A DNA stretch of 64,000 nt. Source: Octopus vulgaris (Eukaryota). Under the pieces are notes generated by a model. It made no database searches, was not told the origin of the DNA, and saw only the letters and a list, made by a program, of their open reading frames with translations. Below are positions 39,612-52,110 of the stretch, piece by piece (position 1 is the first letter of the stretch; each line of letters starts with the position of its first letter). The stretch covers positions 115,444,001-115,508,000 of the forward strand of contig OX597817.1 of the NCBI GenBank assembly GCA_951406725.2. Reading direction: 5' to 3'. Both the position numbers and the translations under genes were made by a program.

Positions 39612-39827
39612 TTGATTTTAAATTTTGGCGCAAAGCCAGCAAGTCTGGAGGAGACGTTAAGCCGATTGGATAGACCCCAGTACTAAACTGGTACTTATTT
39701 TATCGACCACGAAAAAATGAAAGGCAAAGTCGACCTTGGCGGTATTTGAACTCTGAACGAAAAGACGGACGAAATGCCGCTAAGCATTTTGCCCAGCGTT
39801 CTAAATATTCTGCGAGCTCACCGCCTT
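39612..39827 (-). mobile_element. tRNA-derived SINE with Nin-like domain
   Basis: Minus strand aaggcggtgagctcgcagaat...gagttcaaataccgccaaggtcgactttgcctttcat...gtcgataaaataagtaccag. Homologous to 62774-62975. Confidence 0.8.
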
Positions 39828-42071
39828 CTGTTTCACTAAATATTTTAGCAGCATTGCCTGTAAATTCCTTCCGCAAATTTGTTGTCTTTCGGTCACATGT
39901 CAGCCCTTTTTGAAATACTAATAATCAAAGATTTTCAATTTCTTGACTTAGAAATAACGGTGCTGGCTGCGTGATGTAGTTTAAGGGAGAAATACCTTCT
40001 GTTTCTACTACTAGGCTAAGCAATCAAGTCAAGCACTCCTCATTAACCAATGAAATATAAAACAATTCCAAAAATTGCGTGATATTCTAACTCAAGGACA
40101 AAGCTCATATTTTTTCTTGCAGACTGGCCGGTATTATACAATTTCTCGGTGGCATATTATTATATATGAGCAATAGATTTGGTTAATATATGCATTTATT
40201 TATAAATTCCAATCATATTTCTATGCGTGTAAATGCAGGAAATGAAATAAATAAAAAAAATTTCTGTAATGAATGATAGATTAAAATTTATTGAAATTAG
40301 AAACAAGAACTAATTTGCTATGCATTACATTTTTCTCAATGTTACTACTACACTTTCAATGAAATCTACATCGAGCCTTAATGTGTTACACATATAGACT
40401 TAGAATTACTTTTCACTGTTGACTTGATCATTCATAAGTTTGTGAATCACAATACAATAATTTTGTTCTATACTACCCTTGTGTAAAACACGTAAGTAGT
40501 TCTAAAGGAAATACATTAAGAGCTTCGAACTCAAGTTAAAGAACAAGTATATTGAAATAGCGTGCAAAGTATTTAATAATATTTAACTAATTGGTTTGGT
40601 GCTGTAAGAGTAAATTTTTGACACTGGCTTCTTTATGCAGCAGAGACATTTCACTTAATATCTTTTAGAAGAACAGTATAAAGTTAGGGTTAATTAATGT
40701 TCAACTTATTCTTCAATTATAACTTCAAGACAGAATGTCATTTTAACTGTTGGCAATACCAAATACATGAACAAAATATTAGTTGCTTTTTACATTTGAT
40801 ATTTCTATTATAATGACACTATATTTGATGAGAAAAATATTTGTAAATACTTGCCATTCTCTAGATAGAAATGTATACGTCACTGATTTTGTAAAATGTG
40901 TTGCATTGAATACATAATATATAATAGTCAGGTGAATATAATGAGTGGAGTGAGAATTCTGATGTGATCGTATAAGGACAACTATAAAGCATTATTTGTC
41001 AACAAAAAGCGAAACGATACCCATAGAAATCATCAAGAAAACTGAAAATAATTGCTAGCTTTAAAGCTTTTATCTCAATTGGGGAAGTCAGACATATTTA
41101 TATGTTTATTTGACAAGCTTTCTAAGATATTTTATTGCAATACCATTGAAGAGTTTCTAGTTTTGCGTTCCTCTGAACCGATACCGCTTTATATCCATTA
41201 GCATTAAATACACCATAAATAATTTTCCCTCTTTGTGTTACACTCGCTATCAATTTTTTATGAGTATAATGAGATTCTGTTTTTGCTGATGTTATTTGCT
41301 TACTGTTTAAGGTTACATCCAACACGTAATATAATACAATTTCATAAGCAACAAGATATTGCTTGACTCACCTTCACAAGAAAGCAAGCCAGTAGATTTG
41401 ATATTATAGATATTTTATGAGATGATTCCACTATGCACATTTATAACGTTACATTACATGTAAAAAAAAAACCTCGTCTTGTACCTATATGTTCAGTCAT
41501 CAAGAAAATCATTCTTCAAAGAGAATTGCATTAGCACCTTTGCCTTTAATATTCCATTGATCATGTAAATCTCTGAGCCTCTTTTCTATAGTTATAGAAT
41601 TTTCTACTTTTTCAAGGATACAAAAATAAGTTTCACACTAAGTAAGCAACACAGTTGTCAATAAGAAACAGGAAAGTACCAAACTTGTTTTCAAGTATAA
41701 AAAGTACAAAGAAACACATGATCTACTTAGCTTCACACATATGAGACTAACTTTCTTAATCAATATTATTTCCAACGAAATTGAAACAGCGAGACAACAT
41801 CTGAAGAGTGGTTTTCAAATTTATAATATGACATTATGTAGATTTTCAGAATTCACTTATCTACAAAAAGCAGCAGTAACCAAAGCTATTTTGATAACAA
41901 TGATTTATAGCAAATGAAAGTTATATATTTTAATATTTTTTAAAGAAGGCCAGTAAATAGTGCGAAAAACTATTACTTTGTAATTTAAAATAGACATTTG
42001 AAAGTCTATAATTTACTAAGTAATCAGAGGAGTGCAAACAAGCAGAACCATGCACAGGTATATAAATATGC

Positions 42072-42178
<107 letters not shown>

Positions 42179-43716
42179 ATGTATACATACATAAATACAA
42201 GCACATTCACATATCACACGCATACATACACACTGATATTTATAAGCATAAATATGTTCATATATATATGTGTGTAGATAGGTGAGAGATTGTATGAATT
42301 ATTTAGTTGAAGTAAAACATTTGCAAATGGTTTTTATTTTTGGTTTTGCATTGCTATTATATTTTAAAAATTACATACGGAGCTTTGGGCATGATACTCC
42401 TTTTACGCAATGAAATATCCTGAGCAACTGGCCGTGGCCATGACAACAGCTAAACAAAATTTTAATGAAGATGTTATCGTGAAGATTCGAAACGTTGTTT
42501 CGTTATACATAGATGCTGTATATAATTTTGCGAACACGACGCTTCAACCTTTTCCCTCAGGTTTCGATAGTTTTGCATCTACATGCCTTATTTATATATA
42601 TGGAAAGTAGGTTTTATTGTGGATGTATTATAGTGTAGTACTATATAGCAATCTAAGTATTTAAACGGCCTAAATATCTATATTTCAGTAGCATTATAAA
42701 CATTCTCTAATAAAGAAAACAAACACTTTTGTTGAAAGATGAGAATTTGTTGAATTGTAGAGATATTTGTAGTCAACAAGAAAGTAATAATAAAAATTGA
42801 TCTTCAAAATATAATTCAATGCCTTCATAAGTAATTTTACTAACATAGTCTTCTACAAATAACTTAAAGTCAATACTAAATAGAAAACTAAGCTGCGATA
42901 AATCCCTTACTAGAAGTCAGTCAAATTGTTACCTGTTGAAATGCACATATGAGGCAAGTAGAAGGGGTAGGTGCTACATTCTCTGAAATTACATCCTGAG
43001 ATATTAAAAATGCAATCATTCATAGTTTTGTGATGAGCATACCAAATATTAAATCAGTATTATTACGTCTATGACCCACCAGAGCCAACTTTGGAATAAG
43101 ATATAAAAGAAACAGATGAATCAGCATTAATTTCGATGTTCATAACGTTTGAAACATTCACAATGCATATTCTCACACAAAAGAATGTATGGTCTAACTT
43201 AAGCGCGGTATATAATGCAATGTTACAGAAACTGTTTTAACAGAAATGTGATCATGATTTCACTCACTCACTCACAAACATTAAGCTTTAATTAACTTTT
43301 AATGCTCTTGAGCAAACGTAATTTTCATAATCAGTTTCTTTTTTGAACATTTTTTAATTAATGGAAAATAAATTTGAAAAAACTTGAATGCCATAAATTT
43401 CGCAAAATTACCAAGCATAATACAGTATTGTCGAAAAACTATAGGTGGAATTTTTAGATTGACAATAAAGAAAGACGTTAGAAATAACTTTAGAATATAA
43501 ATACAGTATTATACCCAGGATCATATCATATTTATTTTTATGAGATACATCTCCAAGAGTATACATTTCAATTCCAAACCACATGGTCTTTTGTAGGAAA
43601 ATACTAATACTAGCAGAAAGGAAACACTTATGAAGAAATTATGCAATTTAGCCATTTATAAATAGAAACTGTCTTTCGAATGTAGTGTTATGAAAAGGCT
43701 GTTTATATAACAAATT

Positions 43717-43718
<2 letters not shown>

Positions 43719-43803
<85 letters not shown>

Positions 43804-43804
43804 C

Positions 43805-43892
<88 letters not shown>
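43719..43892. repeat. Compound microsatellite (TATC)n(TC)n(TA)n
   Basis: Direct reading; abuts the PLE 3' end. Confidence 0.95.
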
Positions 43893-43894
<2 letters not shown>

Positions 43895-43988
43895 ATAAAA
43901 CGGTAAGATAACAAAAGAAAGAAAGAGACCTCAATATTATGTAAATAGAGGAAATTTATCTATACAATATGTTACATTACTCGGTAGT

Positions 43989-44055
43989 CAAGATAAAACT
44001 CTGAGTTTCAGATGCCGAAGTGGAAATCCACAACACCATCTCATCGGTTATCTGG
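43989..44055 (-). ncRNA. Type I hammerhead ribozyme motif (CCGAUGA core)
   Basis: agataa CCGATGA gatg...gtgga-tt-tccac...catc-t GAAA ctc-a-ga GTT ttatct. 6-bp stem I and palindromic stem III. Confidence 0.75.
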
Positions 44056-44249
44056 CTATTTGAAAACGTTATGAAAAAATATACCGTTAAAAATGAAGGG
44101 AAATTACTCTGTTATAACTCTGCTTTGCCTGCGTACTTATACATCGCTCGCATTTTTCGTCATAAAAATTATATAAAAATACATAAAAATATATAAAAAT
44201 ATATAAAAATATATAAAATCTTCTTGGGACATAACACAGAAAGCATGTT

Positions 44250-44667
44250 CTATCCGTTTTCTTTAGGGGACCAAAAACGTAACAGAAATTTAGTCACATG
44301 TGGGCATGATCCGAAAAGCTCTGTCCTTGTATTTAGACATGTGGTAGGGTCTAAGCTGCTTTTCCAGATAAGCCATTTCTCCATGTCGCATAAACCGCAC
44401 CTTCCGCTGCCGTTAGTATAGGGCTTACATCTGGCCAAAATCTTCCATTGTATGTTATAATCGACACCTTTATCTCTTAAAGACCAAATATGATTGGATA
44501 ATTGTGTCGCTTTTCTTTTGTTCCAGTGCCTAAAGCTCAAAGTGTGGTTATTGAACCTGGCCTTGAAATTACCCTCTGTCAGGCCCACGTATTTCTTCGT
44601 CGAAACGGTGTCTTTAGTGGTTATAGAGTTTACGGTAGCTTCATATATGATGGTCTTGGACATGCAA
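44250..44667 (-). CDS. GIY-YIG endonuclease domain of a Penelope-like element (open frame; RT missing)
   Basis: IIYEATV...KYVGLTEGNFKARFNNH..SF...T.LS.HIW.L...IQWKIL...PY....CGLC..EK..I...LNTRTE...CPH. No stop over ~138 codons. Expression unknown. Confidence 0.8.
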
Positions 44668-44730
44668 GATCCAAAGAAGGGAAGACGGAGGAAAAAATCG
44701 CCAACAGTACACACGTGGTCACGTTTTGAA
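44668..44730 (-). mobile_element. 5' fragment of family-B short unit fused to the GIY-YIG fragment
   Basis: gatccaaagaagggaagacggaggaaaaaatcgcc...ggtcacgttttgaa matches 24921-24983. Confidence 0.75.
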
Positions 44731-45809
44731 TATATATATATATATATATATGAATAGACATTGAATACATATTTTATTCATATTCTTCTGTACTGGCATC
44801 TGTCTTCATCAACTTGTCTAATCAACCTGGGAGAGATGTGAACTTCACTTCTTACATTTCTAATGCAGAATATGTTTGTGCTGAAACAAGACAAACGAAA
44901 TCAATCGAAGTTATTTGCCTGTTTGATTTCAACTGGGTGATAACCGTTATCATACCACAATGTTCTGATAATATCTACAGTCAGGCATAATCATATTAAT
45001 TAATCTCATCTCTTTGGAATATCTATTGTTTTTATATACGCTTTCAATGGCGGGCCACGAAATACGTTTATTATATAACCCTATACCAAACAAGAATGTT
45101 CCGTTGAAGATAATATTAATTTAATAAAGAATGGCAGATCCGCCTACATTTGTACATGGTAATCAATTAAAAAGTGTCTGCATGATCAGGCATCCTTCCA
45201 GAAATAGTATTCGAATTTATATCTTTCATATCTTACCGTCAATAAACGAGTAGATGTATTGTATATGTTCTTGGTTGTTCTACATTCTAAGAAGAAAAAA
45301 GATAGTTTCAAGTAAATGCATTGACCATATATCTCCTTAGTCAGAAGTGATGTGAGACTGAACAACCACTTATTTGATGAATCTTATACGAGGAAAGTGT
45401 TAGAGATATAATATTTTAAACAACACTTAATGTGAAAGAATAACACGTAGTTTTTAAAATTTTTTATTGGAGAAAGGACAAAGAATTACAGGATAAATTC
45501 ACATATGCAAATTATACTTGGAGATGAGACCAAAAAACAAAACGATTTTCCTCTTAAGAAGTACCTTTCGTTATTTGATCTGCACAGAGCTGCAGAGGAA
45601 TTTAGCTGTCACACTTGCGGTTAGAAATGCAATTAATCAAAGACTGACCTCAGAAATCTATAACTAGGAATACTATTGTTCACAAATAGCAACATAATTT
45701 TTTGAAGTACAAGAATTACTGTTGCTTACTATTTTTTCCCAAAATAGCAAACTTTGGGTATGTAAAATATAGTTGGATCAGTCATTTTGCAATGTTTTTG
45801 TTAATACAA

Positions 45810-46280
45810 GCGCTATGGACACGAGGGTACAATTGTGCATTAGGATGCTAGTTGAGTATGTGAATTAAAAGTAGCACAAATCTCGTATGAACATGAGGTA
45901 AACACTATAATAAAGAATAAAATGTACAAGATTTTATGGGACTTAACTATAAAGACTGGCTGTAGTACAGAAGCAGGAAGATTAGATATGATTATGGCGG
46001 ACAGAAGAAACGAATATTATAAGGTCGTACATTTGATATGCCATGTGATAATAGAGTGTATACCACAGAAATGGAAAAACGTGAGAAATATCAGGATCTG
46101 GTTAGAGAGCTGAAGTAATTGTGGAAAGCTAAGACAGAAATAATTCCTGTGGTAACTGGTGTATTTAGCGTAACACCCAAACTGCCACCTAAGAGGCTGA
46201 AGGATACTAGAACTGACACATTGTCGACCTGCAGTAAAGTGCAATCCTTTATTCTACAAGTATACCAATAAAGATTCTTA
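45810..46280 (+). pseudogene. Old R4/Dong RLE-domain fragment followed by (AAT)n
   Basis: YEHE...KILWDLTIKT...EAGRLDMI...EKYQDLVREL..LWK...IPVVTG remnants. Confidence 0.65.
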
Positions 46281-46311
46281 GGACATCATTACTACCAACT
46301 TATATAGCATT

Positions 46312-46314
46312 ATG

Positions 46315-46379
<65 letters not shown>

Positions 46380-46470
46380 GATGATGATAGCGATGATGAT
46401 GATGGTGATGATGATGATGATGATGATGAGGAGGAGGAGGAGGAGGAGGATGACGACAACGACGATGACG
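46312..46470. repeat. Compound trinucleotide array (AAT)n(GAT)n(GAG)n(GAC)n
   Basis: Direct reading. Confidence 0.95.
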
Positions 46471-47443
46471 ACCTCCTTGTTAGCCACAGTGGTTGGAAAA
46501 GAAGTAGAAATAGACTAATGAAACTTCTAGTCCTTTAGGTTGGGACAGAGAAGTTAATGACGAAATGACGGCTAAACGACATTTTGCTACATATATTTGT
46601 ATCAACTGAAAAAAAGGAATATACGAAACACAAATTTACATGGAAATTTAAAAAAAAGTGCAAGAAATTACAATTTTTAAAACAATTTAGCGGAGATTTT
46701 TACATGATGTTTTTTCCTTAGTTCACCGCCATTGATTTATACTTGCCAGCTGAAGCTGATTGGTCGGTAAATATTTACGTTGACATTTCCGTCTCTCAAG
46801 GACGTTTATGCATTTTATGGTATTATTGTTAGGCTGTGGTTCTAAATTTCAAATTTCAGTGAAGTGGATCGAATCGATACAAAGAATTACTATCAGAGAT
46901 CTTCGTAAAGGGATTATAAGAAACTAAGTAATTATATTCATTATGATTTGGTAAGCGTTTTAACAATCTACAGTGAATTTTGAATAAATATTTTTAATTA
47001 CAAGTGCTTTGATTATATCATGTTGACTTAAATCTACATACGCTTGAAAAATCGGTCCCTTTAAATACGATACAAAAGTAAGTGGAAGAAACATCTCAGC
47101 TCAGTGTTAGCTTTATCGCCATCATGTGGTTTGGAGCAAGAACAGAAATATAATGTTGTCGATATCATATAATTGTTTAAGGGAGCTGTATTTAACTGTG
47201 AAGGCAGAACTCAAGAGAGTACACAGGAATACAAGGAGTTTTTATAGACAGTACATCATTTAAACTTTAAAATTGACCATATACTAGGTATATAAACATT
47301 TTAAAATTGTCACTCAACAAACATGCTCGCCAAATCTAAGCGTAAATGATTCCCTCCCACATTCTAATTGAAAACACCAACTTGATAGGTCCTACATATG
47401 AAATCTAGATTTGTAGTCCTATAAATGAAATGTAAAGGTCACA

Positions 47444-47830
47444 AGGTCAGACGTGGCTGTGTAGAAAGAAGCTTGCCTGCCAACCACATGATTTCAGGTT
47501 CAGTTACACTGTGTAGCACTTTAGGCAAGTGCCTTCTACTATAGCTTTAGGCTGAGCAAAGCCTTGTGAGTGGATTTAGTAGACGAAAGCCGAAAGAGCT
47601 CGTCGTATATATGTATGTATACATCTATGATTGTGTATCTGTATATCTGTTTTTGTACAACCGGTGCTGATTCGGTTGCGTTCCAGTAACTTATTTTTTC
47701 GACAAATCAGACCCATAGTATAAGTACCAGGCTTTAAAGAAATAGGTAATGGAATCGATACGTTAAAATAAAAATCGTCAAGGCGGTGACCCAGCAAGGC
47801 CGTAACTGACTAAAGCAATTAAAAGATAAA
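47444..47830 (+). mobile_element. tRNA-derived SINE, same family as 22134-22531
   Basis: gtggctgtgtagaaagaagcttgc...ggttcagt head; tail aaggcggtgacccagcaaggccgtaactgactaaa. Confidence 0.75.
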
Positions 47831-48039
47831 ATATATCACAATGACCAGAGCTCACTTGGGGCGCTAACTATGACAATAACAACTATCTATCAAATAATAC
47901 GTACTAATCTGTATATCGCAGAACACATGATATCGTTATTTAACGCCGTATGAATTAGTTGTCTTTAGTTGATTCTTTATGGTCTTAATAATATCTCAAC
48001 TAGGGAGAGAACCTGCAGTGTATTGTTTCTTATATGAAT

Positions 48040-48345
48040 TTAAGGCACACAAGTGTAATACGATGGCCAGGACATGTACCAAGAATGGAAGAGTCAAGGT
48101 TCCCATACCAAGTTTTATTCAGTGAGCTCACTTCAGAAAAAGGACCTCTTGGAAAATACATGGACCAACTCAAAGCAACACTGAAATCCACTGGAATTGA
48201 GCTTATATCGTTTGGGTGAGAAAGGCCTGAGAAAATCGACCTCGTCAGCCACTAACATTATCATGCAATCAATATCATCGACTCTTCTATGCAAGGATTG
48301 GTCTACAGAGTCATCTCTACCATCACCATGAAGGAAGCGTTCTGA
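48040..48345 (+). pseudogene. RTE-clade LINE 3' fragment
   Basis: IRWPGHVPRMEESRFPYQVLFSEL...KYMDQLKATLKSTGI, and a RIGLQSH C-terminal remnant. Confidence 0.75.
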
Positions 48346-48889
48346 CAAATACGACGACGACGACGAATACGAAGTGAAAATTATTAAAAATGTTCATCTT
48401 TGTAAACGTTTCTAACCATTTAATTTTTATCGTTACTGTAGGCACAGTTAGAGGACATTTTAAATACATAGGAACTATTTTTAACTAAAGGAATAATCAC
48501 ATAAATATGATAATACTATGAATAATGATATGAACACCGTAAACTATTTTGTTAAAGGAACATGAATAAATATATAAACAAAGCTTGTTTCCATCTTGCT
48601 CGAGTGTGCAACAAAATCGCCAATTAAATTCCATACAGCTGCGGCAAACAAGATGTAATAAAATCTTCAAATACACTATAATTCGTTATTGCATGTTTGT
48701 GTTAAAGTTTTGAACGTTCGTTCATTAGATTGCATGACTCAGATAATGAAGTAACTAAATCGTATACCACCTGCACATGACTCACTCATACTTACTGGTA
48801 AACTAGTAATAACAAAATGCCAGTCTCCACATTCACCTTCACCGTCCCATCCTCCACTTCTAAAATCCTGATCGTCATCTTCATTGCCG

Positions 48890-49097
48890 TCGACGTCGTC
48901 GTCAACATCATCATCATCATCATCATCATCATCAACATCATCATCATCAACATCGTCGTCGTCGTCATCATCATCATCATCATCATCATCACCACCACCA
49001 CCACCACCACCACCACCACCACTACACCACCACTACCACCACCACTACTACTACCATCACCATCATCATCATCATCATCATCACCATCATCATCATC
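48890..49097. repeat. Compound (CGT/CAT/CAC/CTA)n trinucleotide array
   Basis: Direct reading. Confidence 0.95.
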
Positions 49098-50449
49098 GTT
49101 TCTCTCCTTTTCCTTAATCTCTTTAACCTTCTGTTTTCATTTTCATTTTTCTTCCGCCTCCACCCCACCCCCCTTTTAATTCTACTATTCTACTTTGTCA
49201 GTATTTTTATTATTTCTTTGACTTTATATATTTATTGCTTTTACCTGCAGATCAAGTTTCTGCCTACATACTGTTGTCTTTTTTTTTTTTTGTTTTTTAC
49301 GCAAATCTTATTTATCTTTCTCATCATTTTCTTTTCCGCTCTTACATTCGTCATTTCAACGTTCTTCGAGCAGACACATACACACATACACGCGCACACA
49401 GAAACACATACAGAACCAGACATGCGAGAGCAAACACACTCATGCTGCGCACGCAGGCACGCGCGCGTACACACACACAGAGACACAGAGACACACATGC
49501 ACACACACGCATAATTGAAGACAAATATGCATATACTCAGTACGAACGTTTACACAATTTTCATTATAATATCTATTTTAACATTGACCATACACTAAGT
49601 ATAGGAACATTTCCACTTATGAGTCTACGAAATTATCTCTAAGTTATCGCAAAATATGAGCTCAAATGACCGCAAAACCTGAGCTCAAATGAATTCCTGC
49701 TACCTTCTACATGGAAAGAACAACTGGATATGTAGTCCTAAATACATTAGGATTGGATAAGAAATGAAATGTAGAGGTCACAATGTTACGCTTTGCTAAG
49801 ATATTAGATAGATCAGAGATCTCTTTGAGCGGCTAACTACACAAATATTATTTATCAGTCTCCTTTAATTCTACTCTTCTTAAAGTGGAAAGCTTGAGTG
49901 TAAATATTCCATTAAACTAGATGCTATGAAATTCATACTTTCTCATACGCAAAAAGATCATAACCTTCGTAAAAGCCAGATTATCATAATGGCTTATCCC
50001 ATTTGTACTAATATATAGAGCTTATGTTTCTCCCGTATATTGACTCTGAAACAAATAATCGTTTTATCATTTGATTCATCACTGTTGATCCCCGTTAGGC
50101 CAAATCAACAATCAATGTTATTCTTGATGTGAATTATTCCACGTGTGGTTTCTTTTATAAACCATTGTTTGTAATTTGAGGGAGGATAGTCTGTAATGTT
50201 TGAAGTTCAACTAGCACTTAAAGCTTTCTGCTTTGATTTATATGTTCAAGTAGCTTGGATATTTGTCTATCAAAGAAAATTGTGCATAACACGTAGTGCC
50301 TTCTAAAATAGTGGTTTTCAATTTTTTGTAACACCCTCTTATATTTTCAAATATAAAGTAAAATAAAGAATCAAAAGGAACATGTGCGCCCATATACAAT
50401 GAATAGACGAATTTACATACAAGTAACGCACACAGCTAGCCACACCAAT

Positions 50450-50488
<39 letters not shown>

Positions 50489-50993
50489 GATGTTTTAATT
50501 GAATCTATATCTCAAGTTTTACTCGTCACTTAAGTGACGTAAGAGACACACACATTTAATAAACACCGTTCTAGAATAATAACGTTTAATGTTTCAATAT
50601 TGTTGCAGTAAATCAGATAAAAACTGGAAATGTTTCCAATTTAAGAAAATATAGAGTAGTTAAGTGTTTCATTATTTCTCCTATACACGACGCGAAGTTG
50701 GATAAGTGCTAGACATACAGACCTATAGATTTGGGGAGGAAAAAGGTGAGAGAGTTTTAGTTTTAGTGGGATGCAATTGAGAAGACCAAAACATATTTAG
50801 CTAATCTGTACGTGTATATATATATATATAATTATAATTAAGAATGTCTAAAAGATATCGTCATGCTAGATATAGCAGTAAAATCTTGAGTCTAAAACCA
50901 TATCAAATATTCACACAGTACCAGGAGAGAAGACAAAGAGTCAAAATAAACTAGCAAAAACTTATTTATTAATTCCAGATCCCGGATTTCTAT

Positions 50994-51071
<78 letters not shown>

Positions 51072-51446
51072 AGAGAGAGAGAGAGGGATAAGTGATTCCC
51101 CTTAATACGAAAGAGTGTAATTTGATGGATATTTCTATCATGTCTAGTAACCAACAATCGGTTCCCGTAATTGAATCTTAACTGTTCATGTAAAGGGTGT
51201 CAAATTGCAATGATTTACTTTCAAATATTTCCTGTTCATATAATGTAAGGTAAATGCATGTGTCTATTCTTTTATGTATTGCACGATAACTTCTAACATT
51301 GTCAGAGAGCCAGCAATTTTGATGAGTAAAATATAGTCCACCATGTCAGCCTTCAGCTTGATCGGTACTTATTGTATACCACCAGAAGTAAGAAAGCTTT
51401 GTTTACACGGAATGTTGTGAATGCGTAATAGAAGTTACACAGTATT

Positions 51447-52110
51447 AGTTGAAAATTTCAGAAAAACAAAAGACGAAGACATGTGTATGAACAACAAGCA
51501 GGTGTATTAGTTTGATGCTCGGGAATGTGAGAAAGTTTTTTACGTTTCGAGCCTACGCACTTCAATAAGAAGGTATAAGAGAAATATACAGAGAGAGAAT
51601 TTTAAAAACTTGTGAATTTAGCGGTCAAGCATGACGACTGGTTGGAAAAAAGAAGGTTTGACATGAGAGGTTGAAAGAAGGGGAGATAATAAAGTATTGG
51701 TGATATCAAAACGAAGGCGCACGTGCCTGTGTATGTATGTGAAAATGTGTATGTGTGTGTGGATAGGGGCTAGTGACATTGACGTGTGCGGATGTTTACG
51801 TGTGTAAGTCTGTAATGTGTGTCTGTATGATTGTGTGTGGGTGTGCGAATAATGGTGTGTGGTGTGGGGGCTGGGAAGTGATCACTGCTAGTGTGTGTGG
51901 TGGTGTGGGGTGTGATGTGTGGTTGTGTGAGTGTGAGGTAGGGGCGTGTGGTGGTGATGTGGGTTTGGGGTGGAGGTGTAGCGATAGGGCTGGGATGTGA
52001 GGGTGTGGGGTGTGGTATCAATGAAGAGAGAATGAAGGTGATGAGAAGAATCAGGTGTCAGATGAAGAAAGGAGGGTAGCTTAGCGCATGTGACGCAAAT
52101 GAGCGAAGAG
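51447..52110 (-). mobile_element. Decayed PLE-type 3' region related to family B, with degenerate HHR and CA-rich body
   Basis: Minus strand ttattgaagtgcgtaggctcGAAACGTA...cccgagcatcaaactaatac resembles 6600-6670. The upstream boundary is uncertain. Confidence 0.5.

Larger units (their letters stand above)
43893..44667 (-). mobile_element. Penelope-like element 3' end: GIY-YIG endonuclease + 3'UTR/pLTR with hammerhead
   Basis: GIY-YIG frame followed by an HHR, terminating at (TA)n. Confidence 0.88.

Noticed and set aside
44115-44165. Possible SECIS element downstream of the GIY-YIG stop (minus strand ATGAC...AGAG), considered because some Naiad PLEs encode selenoproteins
   Set aside because: Helix II does not pair (gaaaaa versus ggcaaagc), there is no AA at the expected spacing, and the retained frame has no in-frame TGA.
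49658-49693. 23-bp tandem duplication cgcaaaa..tgagctcaaatga
   Set aside because: Isolated local duplication with no further structure.
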